Shown piece by piece: positions 24,607-37,742 of a stretch of 64,000 nucleotides of DNA (its first letter is position 1; every line of letters starts with the position of its first letter). The stretch comes from Eledone cirrhosa. Its lineage: Eukaryota. The notes under the pieces are model-generated. The model was not told where the DNA came from and did not search any database. It worked only from the letters and a program-made list of their open reading frames with translations. Position numbers and translations under genes: made by a program. The stretch spans positions 72,602,001 to 72,666,000 of the forward strand of contig OZ024743.1 in the NCBI GenBank assembly GCA_964016885.1, given 5' to 3'.

Positions 24607-24886
24607 GTACGCACGCACACATACGGAGGCGCTCGTATAAATATACAGACGTATACACACATAAGCACACTCAGACACATATATACATATTATAAATCAT
24701 CCATATGAATAAATGAGTACAAATATAAAATCGGCTGCGAAACAACAGAATATATCTGGAGTGGAAAACGCAAGTGACATTTGAAATCAGGTAGTGAAAA
24801 AAAATGGGGAAGTAAAATGTGGATGGTGAAGATATTAGGTAACTGAATCGAAAAGTAGTAGGGGGGGTTACTGGTGGATGTGAAGT

Positions 24887-25045
24887 AAAAATAAAAATAA
24901 AAATAAAAATAAAAATAAAAATAAAAATAAAAATAAAAATAAAAATAAAAATAAAAATAAAAATAAAAATAAAAATAAAAATAAAATTAAAATAAAAATA
25001 AAAACAAAAATAAAAATAAAAATAAAATTAAAAATAAAGTTAAAA
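24887..25045 (+). repeat. (TAAAAA)n hexamer array
   Basis: More than 20 near-perfect units. Confidence 0.95.
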
Positions 25046-26831
25046 ATGAAAGGGAATCAGAATGAGAAGTATGTAAAGAGAATAATTTAAGGAAAGTGAA
25101 GAATAAGAGTTTATGGAGGATAAGTATCTGAAAGTGAGTTAAGTTTATACGAGCTGGAAAGCAAGTGTGATTTCATGTGTGGGTAACTGGTGAACATTTC
25201 TGTTATTGTACTTAGGCAGGTTTTTGGTGATTTAAGGTTTTGTAAAATCCAATATTTTTCACTTATGCAGAGTGTGCATCTTCATGTTCCTCTTGCATAT
25301 TCTTTAGATTGGTTCAAAATTGCCCAATCCAATTTATATTGGATACCTTGGTCTTTCAAATCCCATATTCTGCTAGCCAGAGTTGTTGTGAATCTTTTTT
25401 CTGGATGTCGGAAAGATGCGACATGTGAGTAATAACGCGTTTTGAATTTGTCGTGTCATACCCACATATCCTTCGCTGGTGGCTGGTTGGTTGTTGCTGA
25501 TGGTTGTCACTTTAGCCGCATATACAATGGCTTTGGTGTTGAATTTACCTTGTAATGGGCATTCACTTTTGACTCTACAGGAGCAATTTTGATGTTCTCT
25601 GGGTGATTTCTTATTGATGATATAAGATTTAATAGGGGGACCGCAGGAGTAGCTAATTTTGACACAGTTTCTATTGAAGATCTTATAGTATCTATGTGTT
25701 CTAGGGAAATGTTTATCTAAGAGCTCTAGGAATTTTTTGCCTACATTAGCTTTAACTGCTAGAGAGTAGGGGGGGGGGGGGGGGGGGGGGGTGAAACAGA
25801 TTATTTTTCTTTTCCTATTATTATGTTTAAAAGAGTTAGTATTGTTGGGTATGTACTTAATCGGTTCGCTAAATCCGCTATTTTGAAGGGCTTTATTATA
25901 GTAGGGGGATGCCTTATTGAAAATAGCTTCTGCGGAAGATCCTACGGCTAATATTAAGGATAAGGTTTTTAAAATCTATAGGAGGATGGCAAGAGCCTTT
26001 ATTTATATATTATACATTTTCATTAGGTTTATGGTATGGTTTATAAGAAGCAATAGGCAAATCTAAGTTTATATCTAGAAAATTAACATTGGAAAGGTTA
26101 GTGTCAATAGTAATTTTAAGATTAAAACTAGCAAAGGTTTTTATTAAGTCTTTCCTTAATCTATCTAAGTTATGGCCTATGGTGGTATGGGAAAGTATTA
26201 GACCATCGTCGCGATAAAGCCCAAAAATATGGTTAGGGAATTTTTCTTTAAGTGTGTGTATGAGGAATAGGCCGACTAAATCACAAACATCAGCACTGTC
26301 AAAAGAGCCCATTGAGACATCGAATGGTTTCTCTGGGTTAGATATTTTTACCCAAGTGCCATTATCAGTAAAGAGTAGAGTGTTTCTAGCATGCAAGATG
26401 ACATTCTCTTCAATATCAGAGATATTGGTAAACTTTCGAGCGAAATTTAAGGCTTTCGCTAAAAGAGTCTGAGTGATAGACGGGTAGAAATCTATAATGT
26501 CAAATTGGATGAATCTAGAACTATTTTTATCTTTAATATTATTAAACCAATGTACTACAGAAGAGCTATTTATCCATTGGAGTAATTCAGACTTACTTCT
26601 AATCTGTGTCTTTATATTATTTAATTTTTTTTTGCTGGCAAGACCGATATCAGTCTTAGCAGGGTTGATTAATCTACAACTAGGACGATTAATAAAGTCA
26701 GGTTTGTGATCTGTAAGGGTGATATATGCATTACGTTTAGCAAGTTTTTCTGTCCTATTATCTATTTTTTAAAGAACTAGCTAATTCTTTAGCTTCCTTA
26801 TTTATATTATTATACGTGCTTATATTAGCTA

Positions 26832-29800
26832 CTAGCGGAGCTACCCGGCTTCGCTCGGTGTTAAAAAGCTTATTTAGAAAACAATAATATTAAAATTTTA
26901 ATCGTTATTTAAAAAGTTCTCTAATTTAGTTTCTATTTTTTAGATCTTAACATTTATCTTTAAATGACTGAATGACAGATGAATTTAAAGAAAACTCGTT
27001 ATAAGAACATTTAATTTATTTTACTGAAGTGCTTTTGGATACACAATGTTTTTTTGTTTTTCCTTCTGGTACGTACACGAATAAATCAGAAGGTTTACCG
27101 ACGCGTGAGCAAGCCACATAAAGCTGTCCATGTGAGAAGCATGGATTTTCTAAATTTAGTCCACACACTTGTAGCGATTGTCCTTGTGCTTTGTTGATAG
27201 TCATTGCAAAGGCGAGTCGCACCGGTAACTGCAAACGTTTGAATTTGAATGGCGTATCGGTCGGAATCATTGGGATGCGTGGCAACAGTACATCTTCTTT
27301 TAATTTTCCATTTAAAATTGTAGCTTCGATGATATTGTTCATCATTTTTTTCACTGAAAGCCTGGTACCGTTTCAAAGTTGTGGTGGATTGATGTTTCGG
27401 AGAAGGATGATAGGCACGCCAATTTTCAATGTTAAAATGTGCGGTGGCATGCCTGGCAAATCAAGTGAATTCAAGAATTCAGTTGGATAATTGATAATTT
27501 CGTCTTGATTTATTACAGTATCGATGGACTTATACGTTGTCGCTTCGCCTGGTATTTTGTTTTGAATGCTGAAATTAATGACATTGACATCGTTGTTTGT
27601 GGCTGCTAATATAGCACGTGCATTGAGCCACTGATGATTTTTGTAATGCTGCGCGATATTTGGGAAAACTTTGTGAATAAGTTCGTCTCTGGTTGCCGCG
27701 ATTCTACAGAAGTTTGTTGGCAATGTCATACATTTTGTGGATTCATCGATTACCATTTTCCCATTCCCAATATCCAGCAATTGTTTTGTGAAACGTTCAG
27801 CGGATGCATCATTTTGTAGTTGTACACGCATATTGGTTTTTAAAGTTAATTTCTGTACGTGTCGCCATAAAACTGATGATTTGAGACATGCATTAAGCTC
27901 ATCAGTGGGTGTTGATCGCGGTATAACTGGTAGAGTTTGTCGAAAATCACCAGACAATAAAATGAGTGTTCCCCCGGAGAGCTGTTCATTTCCTTTCAAA
28001 TATTTTAGTGTGTTATTAAGCGCTTCCAATGATTTTTTGTGCGCCATAGTACATTCGTCCCATATAATGATTTGACATGATTGGAGTACTTTACCTATAC
28101 CAGAATTTTTGGTGATATTGCATGTTGGTTTCTCAGTGATTTGCATATTCAATGGCAATTTCAGTGCTGAATGTGCCATTCGGCCACCATCCAAAAGAGT
28201 TGCCGCAATTCCAGATGATGCGATTGCCAGTGCAATATTATTTTGTGATCGTATAGTTGCCAAAATAAGTGAAATGAGAATAGTTTTGCCTGTACCACCA
28301 GGCGCATCTATAAAATACAATCCGCCGCTTTGATTTGTAATTGCCTGCATAATTTTGTCATATACTATGCGTTGTTCTGGTGCCAATTTCAGAAGATTCG
28401 TTTGAACAAATGTACCCAATTCGGCGACATCAAAGTTTGTTTCTCGTTGCAAAACACGATCGAAAATGTCGTTTACAGATCGATTCGGCGCAGGCATTCC
28501 CAATTGTACCAGTGTTTTGTTAGCGATTGCTAAACATGACCTCAATCGAAACCAATGCTTCATTATACAGGATTGGTGTGAATTGAATATTCAGATTTTG
28601 ATTTGTTGCACGCAAACGATGTAGCATGTCTTCACTCATGTAGTCTTTGTATTTTTCCCAAAGATCTTTTGGATTTGATGGGAAGCACGTTGTCAATATT
28701 ATTGCGAATAACGTGCGTATTTGCTGTGGTCGAGCAGTATTCGATGCATCAGCGAGTGAAGTGTCCCAATGTCCATCATTTTCAAGAAGATTTAATTTTT
28801 GGCAAGCTTCACGATAAGTGGAACATACTTGACCGTTTACTGTTCTCAATTCTTGGAATGATGTTGGTCCACGTACGTTGATTAACAATAATCGCAAGTA
28901 AAAGCATTCTGCATTATTTGGGTGAACAGTGTACAAACGGCCTAACGCGTCGGTCGAATATAAATTGGGATGTCCTTCAACTACTTTACCCTGTTTGCGA
29001 CGTTTAAACTTTTTCGTTGATGTATTCCATGTGTAATATGTTGGCACTTCAGAATAAAGTAGTGTCTTTGCAAACACATCTTCACTGCACAATGAGAAAA
29101 ACGCAGTTAACGTTGTTGGCGGTGGTGTCAATGCCCTTGCACGTATATTTTCATTTGTGAAGTATACGCGCTGTCCATTTTCAAGGTGCACCGCCAAATG
29201 AACAACTGTTGGATGTCGATAATGGATTGGAAATGATAAAATGCACCATACTGCTTGATTACTACTAATGTAGCGTCCCAGTTGGTATTGGTGGATTTCA
29301 TCGATAGATGCATTTGCATTGCACACTCCAAAAACTGCCATATCGCTTCCTCTTTTGATATATTTGTAAATGTACTTGATCGCTTTCACCGAATTGCAAT
29401 ACTCGACATTGATGTGTGCTTTGAACGTCTTTGAGAGTAACGGTGAATATGGTACAACCCAACGATTATCGACTTCAACATAATTGTTTCGTACTTTTAA
29501 AGTGATGGATTTGCCGACATCTTCAGTTGTTCGTCGACGATAGATTGGATATCCGTCATTGCCAGTGATAGTCTCGGCAACTAAGTCTCTTGGGTATTGT
29601 TTCGTGCATTTCCCATCAGACATGCATGGTGAATTGTTGTTGAGTAAGCCACATGGACCATGAATCATGTTTTTAGTGACGACTTCAAATAAGTCTGGAT
29701 CAACGTCGACATCTGGTATTTCTGCTGAGATGATTTGATCAATTTGATCTGGTGTGACTTTTTCAATTAACCAAATCAAAATGTATGCATGTGGCAATCC

Positions 29801-31500
29801 TCTTTTTTGCCATTCAATGGAAAACATCCAACAGCGTGTCTCTCCAAAAACATGATGCTTGACAATTAAATCCGTTAAAGATTTCAATTTTTGTTTGAAC
29901 ACACGCGCTGTAATATCATAACGATCAGAAGACGATTGACCAGGTAACAAAATTTCTTTAATTTCATCCCACGTAGGATTGCATGTGAATGTAATAAAAA
30001 AATCTGGACGGCCATATGCGCGAACATATGTCATTGCATCTTGTGCGTATTCATGCATGTGCCGTGGGCTCCCTGTAAATGTAGCCGGTAGTATGACCAT
30101 TTTCCCCAATTCATTAGGATTCATATTGCCATCATTAACAATGGCATCACGTAAATGAATGTACTCTTCTGAATGTAGCTTGGTTTGATTCAATCGAATG
30201 TAGAGGGCTCGTTCGGTTTCGATTTTTGCATACATATCGACAATGTATTGATGGAACAATTGTCGACATTTCAAAATATGATTTTCACCGTTTTCACGAA
30301 TCATTAATCTATATGAATAATAATTCATGGCACTGACTTTCTTATTCGTTTCCTCATCTGTTTGTGGATTTCTCGGTGAAGAATTATATCGCGCGAGTTA
30401 AATTCTTCACCTACAATAACGATTGCCACTTCATCAATTGTTGGTGCATTGTACTGTCTTTGATGTTGGCCAACAGGTGTTTTGTCTGCTCTAACTACAA
30501 TTGTGTAATCATCACTTGGCATTTGTTCAAGGGCAGCTCTGAACAATCGAATTAATTTGTTGTGTTGATTGAATAAAGTTTGTAATGCAGTAACAATTTC
30601 TCGTTTAGTTCCCGTATTGAATTTGCAACGTTGATCTATTTGGTCATCAGTGTTTCCCATGAAATAAATTTGAAGAAATTTGTGATCTGCGTCCGGCAGT
30701 GGTAGTAGTGATCCAGCACGATGATAAATTTGCCCTTGCACTTTGAATGTTGGCATGTAATTCTCGCGCACGATATTTGTTTCACCGAACGATGTCATTT
30801 GGAAACATGAATTGTACTTGCGTATGTTTGCCAAGAAATGTTTAGATTCGCTTGTGTCACCTGATACTAACGTTGATAATGGTTTAGGTGGTGGATGTAA
30901 TTCTGGCAATTTCACTTTTCCACCCGAGCAGCACATTCCTGGTGTTTCATTTTTTAAATTTGAGGGCACCACAATACCCGCATAATTTAACCATTTTTCC
31001 AATAATCACACTTGGATGAAGACTGTAATCATAATTTGAATCGTAATGAAATGCACCAAGATTTAAATCAGCGTGCAGTATTCTTCTGGTGAGACCATTG
31101 CGTAGTCGATTCGTTTCCACTCTTGCTTCCCGTTGCTCGTCTGTTTCAGATGAACGGGCTTGAGCAGTTCTTACTCGAACGGTTTCCAATCTTGCTTCCC
31201 GTTGCTCGTCTGTTTCAGATGAACGGGCTTCAGCATTGCGTAGTCGATTCGTTTCCAATCTTGCTTCCCATTGCTCGTCTGTTTCAGATGAACGGGCTTC
31301 AGCATTGCGTAGTCGATTCGTTTCCAATCTTGCTTTCCGTTGCTCGTCTGTTTCTGAAGCTCGTAATGCATATTTTTTCCTTGCTTGAGGTGTAGATTGA
31401 CCAATCGCTCGTCGTTTGGGAGGCATAATTGAATAGAAAATGGGTTGATTTCTGAAATATATATATTTTTTAAACTATAGATAAAGGACCCACAAAAATA
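26832..31500 (-). mobile_element. Autonomous-type Helitron (RepHel), frameshifted; 5' end not resolved
   Basis: Minus-strand 3' terminus CCGAGCGAAGCCGGG imperfect hairpin, then CTAG|T at 26832; Rep and helicase ORFs. Confidence 0.93.
27016..31426 (-). pseudogene. Helitron RepHel transposase in 5 consecutive ORF pieces (STPR-like repeats, Zn finger, HUH Rep, PIF1-family helicase)
   Basis: FFITFTCNP, EWQKRGLPHAYILIW, KYIYKY, DAPGGTGKT, IIWDE, GDFRQTLPV, AMTINKAQGQS, HGQLYVACSR. Confidence 0.93.
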
Positions 31501-31509
31501 CATTCATTT

Positions 31510-31776
31510 ATCATCATCATCACCATCATCACCGTTTAACGTCATTTTTCCATGCTAGCATGGGTCAGACGGGTTTTGTCTCACTTGGGAACTGTTTCTG
31601 GCAGGCTTTCTACGGCTGGATGCCCTTCCTAACACCAACCACATTACAGTGTGGACTGGAGCAACGTGAAAAATTAAAGTGTCTTGCCCAAGGACACAAC
31701 ACATCGCCCGGTCTGGGAATCGAACTCACAACCTCATGATTGTGAATCCAACTCTCTAACCACTCAGCCACGTGCC
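31510..31776 (-). mobile_element. CORE-type tRNA SINE with (GAT)n tail
   Basis: A/B boxes, TGTCCTTGGGCAAGACACTT, 3' end CCATGCTAGCATGGAAAAATGACGTTAAAC then GAT repeats. Confidence 0.85.
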
Positions 31777-31798
31777 TATATATATATATATATATATA

Positions 31799-31927
31799 GA
31801 AGCACATTCCTGATGTTTCATTTTTAAATTTGAGGGCACCACAATACCCGCATAATTTATCCATTTTCCAATAATCACACTTGGATGAAGACTGTAATCA
31901 TAATTTGAATCGTAATGAAATGCACCT
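31799..31927 (-). repeat. Duplicated Helitron zinc-finger segment
   Basis: Near-identical to ~30928-31057 (GAFHYDSNYDYSLHPSVIIGKM.KLCGYCGALKFKNET.GMC). Confidence 0.9.
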
Positions 31928-31948
31928 TCATCGGTGGCGATTGTCAAA

Positions 31949-32063
<115 letters not shown>

Positions 32064-32827
32064 CAAATGAATTGAGTCTGGCTTGGACCAACACCACCTC
32101 ATCTTCCTCCGTCCTGCTTCGCAGCAAGACAGTAGTGCATTGCTCAATTCGGTGCCACCCTCATCAACCATTACTCTTCTTGATGACGAGTGCACATTCA
32201 TCAGAGGAGCCCAATTACACAAACCCTGCATATATGAACCACACAAATGATGTTGTGCTACTGTCGATGACAATTTTAGTTCGCACCCACTGTAATATTG
32301 CCAACGACCAGACAGGTTACTCCGACATGCCGCTGCTAATTGCATATTGAAAAGGAGCCTGGATGCAGCTGAGTGAATATGGTAAGCAGACTTATTTCAT
32401 ATATGATTAGACATTTTAACGAATACGTACTATTTCATAATGTGATTAGAACCTGTACATTTATCATTTCTACATTTGATAGAGTTAATTTTTTAAATAT
32501 CTAGCTACAAACACAGTTTAAACATATAGGGCACAATACGTAAATGGATATTTTGCATTATTTGAATATTATAGATAAGATGCACTGTTGTCTGGAAATC
32601 ACACTATATGTCGTGTTTTATCTGTTGAGTGTTTTTCGATTCCCAAGACGGTCCCAAAATCTTGTATTCCAGTAATAAATATTGGGTTTTATATTTTTAA
32701 ATAAATATGGTTTACACAGGGGAAGAAGAACTTTCAGATGTCATTACTTATTTTTCTTATATTTCCTTGTTTCTTTTTTATAGTCAGCCTTATATATCAA
32801 TTTATTCATATATATCTATCTATTTAT

Positions 32828-32902
<75 letters not shown>

Positions 32903-32994
32903 TATATACATATATATATAAGAGAGAGAGAGAGAGAGAGAAAGAGAGACGTACACATACACACAAACATACACGTATATGCATCTCTCAATCT

Positions 32995-35900
32995 AAGACA
33001 CCAAATATATTGATACGTTAAATTCTGATTGACGAATGTTTCATTCCCCTTCAGATATTTAATACATACACCTCAAGTTAATCTTACCATGTTATAATCA
33101 TCCAGCAGCCAGAAATGTGTTTACATTTTAAAAAATACGAAGCTACGCCAAATGGTATAGAAATTTAAAATTCTTATCTATAGAAGAATAATGTTGAACA
33201 ACTATGGCACATTACCAAAGAGGCGAATTAAAATTATTCTAAAAACGTCTGTATATACATATTATAAACAAAAAAAAAAATGTAGATTTAATAAAAGTTG
33301 CTGTAAGTTATTATAAAGAAATCAACCATGAAATATAGACTTAATGACATAAATTCATAAATATACAAATACATATACGTACACCCCCCACCGCCATATA
33401 TATATATATATATATATATACGATATTAAACAAATGGAAACTATATTTATAAAACCATATTTATTTCATTATACATATTTCGGGGATACCATATTAAAAA
33501 TATGGCATGCTTTCTTCAGATAAAATACAATATATAAGCAGTTTTATAAATAATTTTGACGTACCATAAATATTGATCAACTTTCATGTAAGAAGTTGGT
33601 TTGGTAGTGAGATGTTTATAAATATTTAGTGTTAAGCACAGTTAAAAAGAAAGACGGAGAAAAAGAAGAAATGTATGTAAAGAAAAACAGAGAGAAATAG
33701 AGAGAGATAGGGGAGAGAGAAATAGTGAGGAGGTGAAAAAAGAGATGCAGCTGAGGCAACAGATGAATAATAATAATTCATCATACAAATTGAGAGATTT
33801 AGGAGGGAGGGAGTACTGTAATTATTTAGTTATAGTGTTAAGGAGACGGAGAGAAATAAAAAATAAAGAGAAAACAGAGAGATAGAGAAAGATAGAGGTG
33901 GGGGGAAAAAAAGAGGTAGACCAAATAATAATAATTATATATGGGGAGGTGGGAGAAATAGGAGAGAAGTAGGAGAGAAAACAAGAGAGGAGCTCGAGAG
34001 GCAAAGTTAAAATAACCGATACTTAAATTTCATCAGGTATAAAGAGGGAGGAGAAGAAAGAGCTATATCTAGAGAGAAGGATGATAGATTTACATGTTTA
34101 CGTTATGTCCTATCAATTTGAATTATCAATTCATATGAATTGGGTATTATAATGTAAATATCAATATTCGTGAATGAGACATAGATATATAATGTGTGAA
34201 AAATAATGACCATATGTTTAGTTTAAAATTCTGAGGTCGGTGTACCAAAACTGAGATAAAACTTCAAAAAATACGGAAATACATAAGTATATATGTACTT
34301 TCCGGAAAAGGAAAGAAAAAGAAAGAGAAGGTCATCTCAAGTTCTAGTTGACACTATAGACATATCCGTGATCTTACGTGATCAACTCTGTAATTTCTTG
34401 TTTCACAGAAAAAAAATTTCCCTTGTGTTATAAAAGATTTTATTATATATATATATATATACATAAAAATATATATTAATATTCCTGCCCTCACATACAT
34501 GATTATCGTTCATGTATAGAATAGTATGCATATCTGTAACATATCCAGAACTATAGCCACACATACATATATATATGCGTGCGCACATATATGTACATGG
34601 ACAGATAAAATAAACAGATAAAATAAAATATACTCTGTAATCATTCCATATTCATATTAATACATATGGCCTTTGTACAGAGACAACCAGATATTAATAT
34701 ATCAGCACAGAGATATCAAAAACGTTAAAAATATTTTCATCACTCCCTAGAGTATCTCGGGCCATAAGAAACACAGTATGCCCCCCCCCCCATATCAACC
34801 ACATAAATCTACCCTTCCAATTTATCTGACAATATATTGTCAAGTTCATTAGAAGCAATCAGAATCAAAAAGCAAACAAAAAACCAAAAATTATTCAACA
34901 AAACTTATTTAGCAGAAATCATTTAAAAGATTTAGGAGACCCTGTTGTTCTACAGATGCTCTTATATTTAGTATAGAAGTTTATCTAGCGTAAAATTTAT
35001 TCAATAGATTGGGAGCATCTACATTCTAGGGTAGTTCAATTACATCATTAGTATATATTCACGAAGAAGGTTTAAAAGAAAAAGTTGAAGGAATCGAAAG
35101 ATTTATCGTCAGGTTTCATACATTGATTAAATATCTTAACTAATTATACTACATTCTAAATTTATATCTATATTTAAACGCCGAGTTCAATCTATGTCTG
35201 CAGCAACTGAACAAATTGCTCCTTAAACCAAGGGAACCCTTAGATTTCAACATAAAGAATATCTCCTCCACACAGAGGTCACATGTCCCAGATGAGGAAT
35301 TAAAAGGAATCCCTCCTGAGACAACATTCCAAAACATCGAACATCCAACGCTATCATGTTTAAGCTGCCAGAGCAAGCCCGACAGCGAAGTTGAAGATCC
35401 TTTGTTTGGATCTGTGAAAGAATTCTTATGACTACCACAGCGAAGTTCAAACTCTGTCGAGGCGGAACCAACATAGCCAAAAGAATTTAAGTTAGTTTTA
35501 ACATTACAATTGTATATTATATTTTTAACTAAGCAATTGTCACCCAACGGACATTCAGATCTATTTCTACAGTTACAATTGCTTAACCGAATACTGCTTA
35601 GGCTATTATCGGTACCCTGGCTAGGTTTTAGATTCCCATTATTTATTCTGTTAATATTTTGTGCTAAATTTTTGGTGGACGAGCAAGTTAATCTTACAGT
35701 ATGTCTATTAAAAATTGAGTGATATTTATGTGTTCTAGGGAAACGTCCGCCAAGAGCATCAATAAATAGTCCAGCAATGTGGGCCCTAATATTTAGTGAG
35801 AAAGGGGGGGGGGGCAAACCATATTATATTTCTAGTTCTATTTCTTTTCTGGCCTTTGGAATTATTGTAATGTTTTCTATTATAGCCGTTAAAGTTGTTA

Positions 35901-37399
35901 CCGTAATTAAAATTGTTATTATTTTGGTTAGTTTGCCTATTATTATCGATGTACTTAATTTTATCACCATATCCTGCCCCAGCCAACGCCTCACTGTAAT
36001 ACTGCGTCGAAAATATTTTTATTAGATGAAATTCTTGAGATACGTTCTTGAACAGAGTTCACTACAGTATTCTCAACAGATCTGGGGTGATTAGAGCCAA
36101 AACTGACACAACTCAAGCTTTCATTTAGTTTGTGAAATGGACAGTGAAGACATATGTTGAGATCTAGTGTTACATCTAGGAAATTGACTATTCTATGGTT
36201 ATTCTCTATTTCTATTTTTAGATTAAGGTAATTAAAAAAGTGTATAATTTGTATTCTTTTTCTATTTAGTTCAGAGTTATTATTTTCAATAAGTAAAAGC
36301 ATGTCATCACGATATAATCCTCCGGTTACACCAGGTATTTTTCTATGCAGCGAATTAATTATAAATAGGCCCACAAGGTCCGTTACCTGAGCTGAGTCAG
36401 ATGATCCCATAGTAATGTCGAAATTATTATCTCTATCTGCCCTAGTCCATAGTTGGTTATTGAATTCTATCAATGTTTTCCTTGCCGATAATATAATGTG
36501 CATTTCATTGCTAGTTAGGTATGTATGTTTGAATGCGTAATTTAGTGCCTTATTCAGTAGATTAGGGGTAATAGATGAATAGTAGTTAGCAATATCTAGT
36601 TGAATAAATTTATTATTATTGTTATATTTAATTTCTTTAAACCACTCAATAACCTCACCAGTTCCCTTCCATAAGTTTAAGTTAGGTAAATTTTGTAAGT
36701 TTTTAATTTGCAGTATCACCCTGTCTAGAATGTTTTTGCTAAGTTTACCCAGGTCAGATTTTGATGGTGCAATCAATCTGACTGGCAAATCATTTTCAAA
36801 ATTTCTTTTGTGATCTTTCATATTGATCTTGGGCTTCCTAGGCAAGAAGGGTTGTGTTTTGTTCTCAATGTCCAACTCATGCATTATACAAGATGCCTCA
36901 ACATTCATTTTTTCCAGTTCATCCTTATCTGCTACCTTGTACTTTTTCCTTAGTTCTTTCAGTATAAGGCCATTATACATGTCTTTTTGCACTCCATAAA
37001 GGTTGTTGGTTTTGTCCGATTTCACCAAGATCTTCTCTGTTCTCTCCAAGCTTTCAATATTATCCTTAATGCTTCTTAGATAGTCCTGGCCTTTGAAGTT
37101 TCTCTTGAATTTGACTCCTTGTATGATAGAAATTATATCGTTTTCAAAATCCATTAAAAGTTTGTTAGGGGGTGGATTTTTTTTAGATTTGAAAACTTTA
37201 TCTAAGTCTGAAACATTTTCATTTAGATTAGATTTATCAAAGTGGAAGGCACGCCACCTGATTCTTCTTATAAAAGAGTCTGATTTTTCTATTAATTGTT
37301 TAATAAAGTCTTTGTTCTTAGGTAGAGGTATGTCTTTTAGAGAAGAAGATATCTTAAAGAATTCCATTTTTTTCAGTTATAATATAAAGCGCTCAACAG

Positions 37400-37400
<1 letters not shown>
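32995..37400 (-). mobile_element. Penelope-like element 3, near full-length, with A-to-G hypermutated 3' half; 3' boundary inferred
   Basis: 458-aa RT ORF from ATG (FIQLDI, GLYRDD) and GIY-YIG ORF (CNCRNRSECPLGDNC, GYVGS, R...H, CDLC.EE, CRH); 32995-33185 is homologous to the hammerhead-bearing segment 47410-47620. Confidence 0.88.
35149..37367 (-). pseudogene. PLE3 RT-GIY-YIG polyprotein, two frameshifts (~35990, ~35810)
   Basis: ORFs 35991-37367, 35786-35986 and 35149-35817 join into one RT-linker-EN protein. Confidence 0.88.

Positions 37401-37742
<342 letters not shown>

Larger units (their letters stand above)
23612..26830 (-). mobile_element. Penelope-like element 2 (decayed), 5' side abutting the Helitron 3' end
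   Basis: CRLINPAKTDIG, FIQFDI.DFYPSI, FDVSMGSFDSADVCDLVG, GLYRDDG, YKPYHKPN, CSCRVKSECPLQG linker, GIY-YIG remnants at 25200-25540. Confidence 0.9.

Noticed and set aside
31085-31360. Regular repeats resembling a CRISPR array (also 40383-40750, 45060-45480)
   Set aside because: No unique spacers or cas genes; coding or ordinary tandem repeats in eukaryotic DNA
32070-32390. GC-richer segment ending near a GTAAG donor-like site, a possible host exon
   Set aside because: No recognisable protein motif, clear acceptor or partner exons; would need RNA-seq
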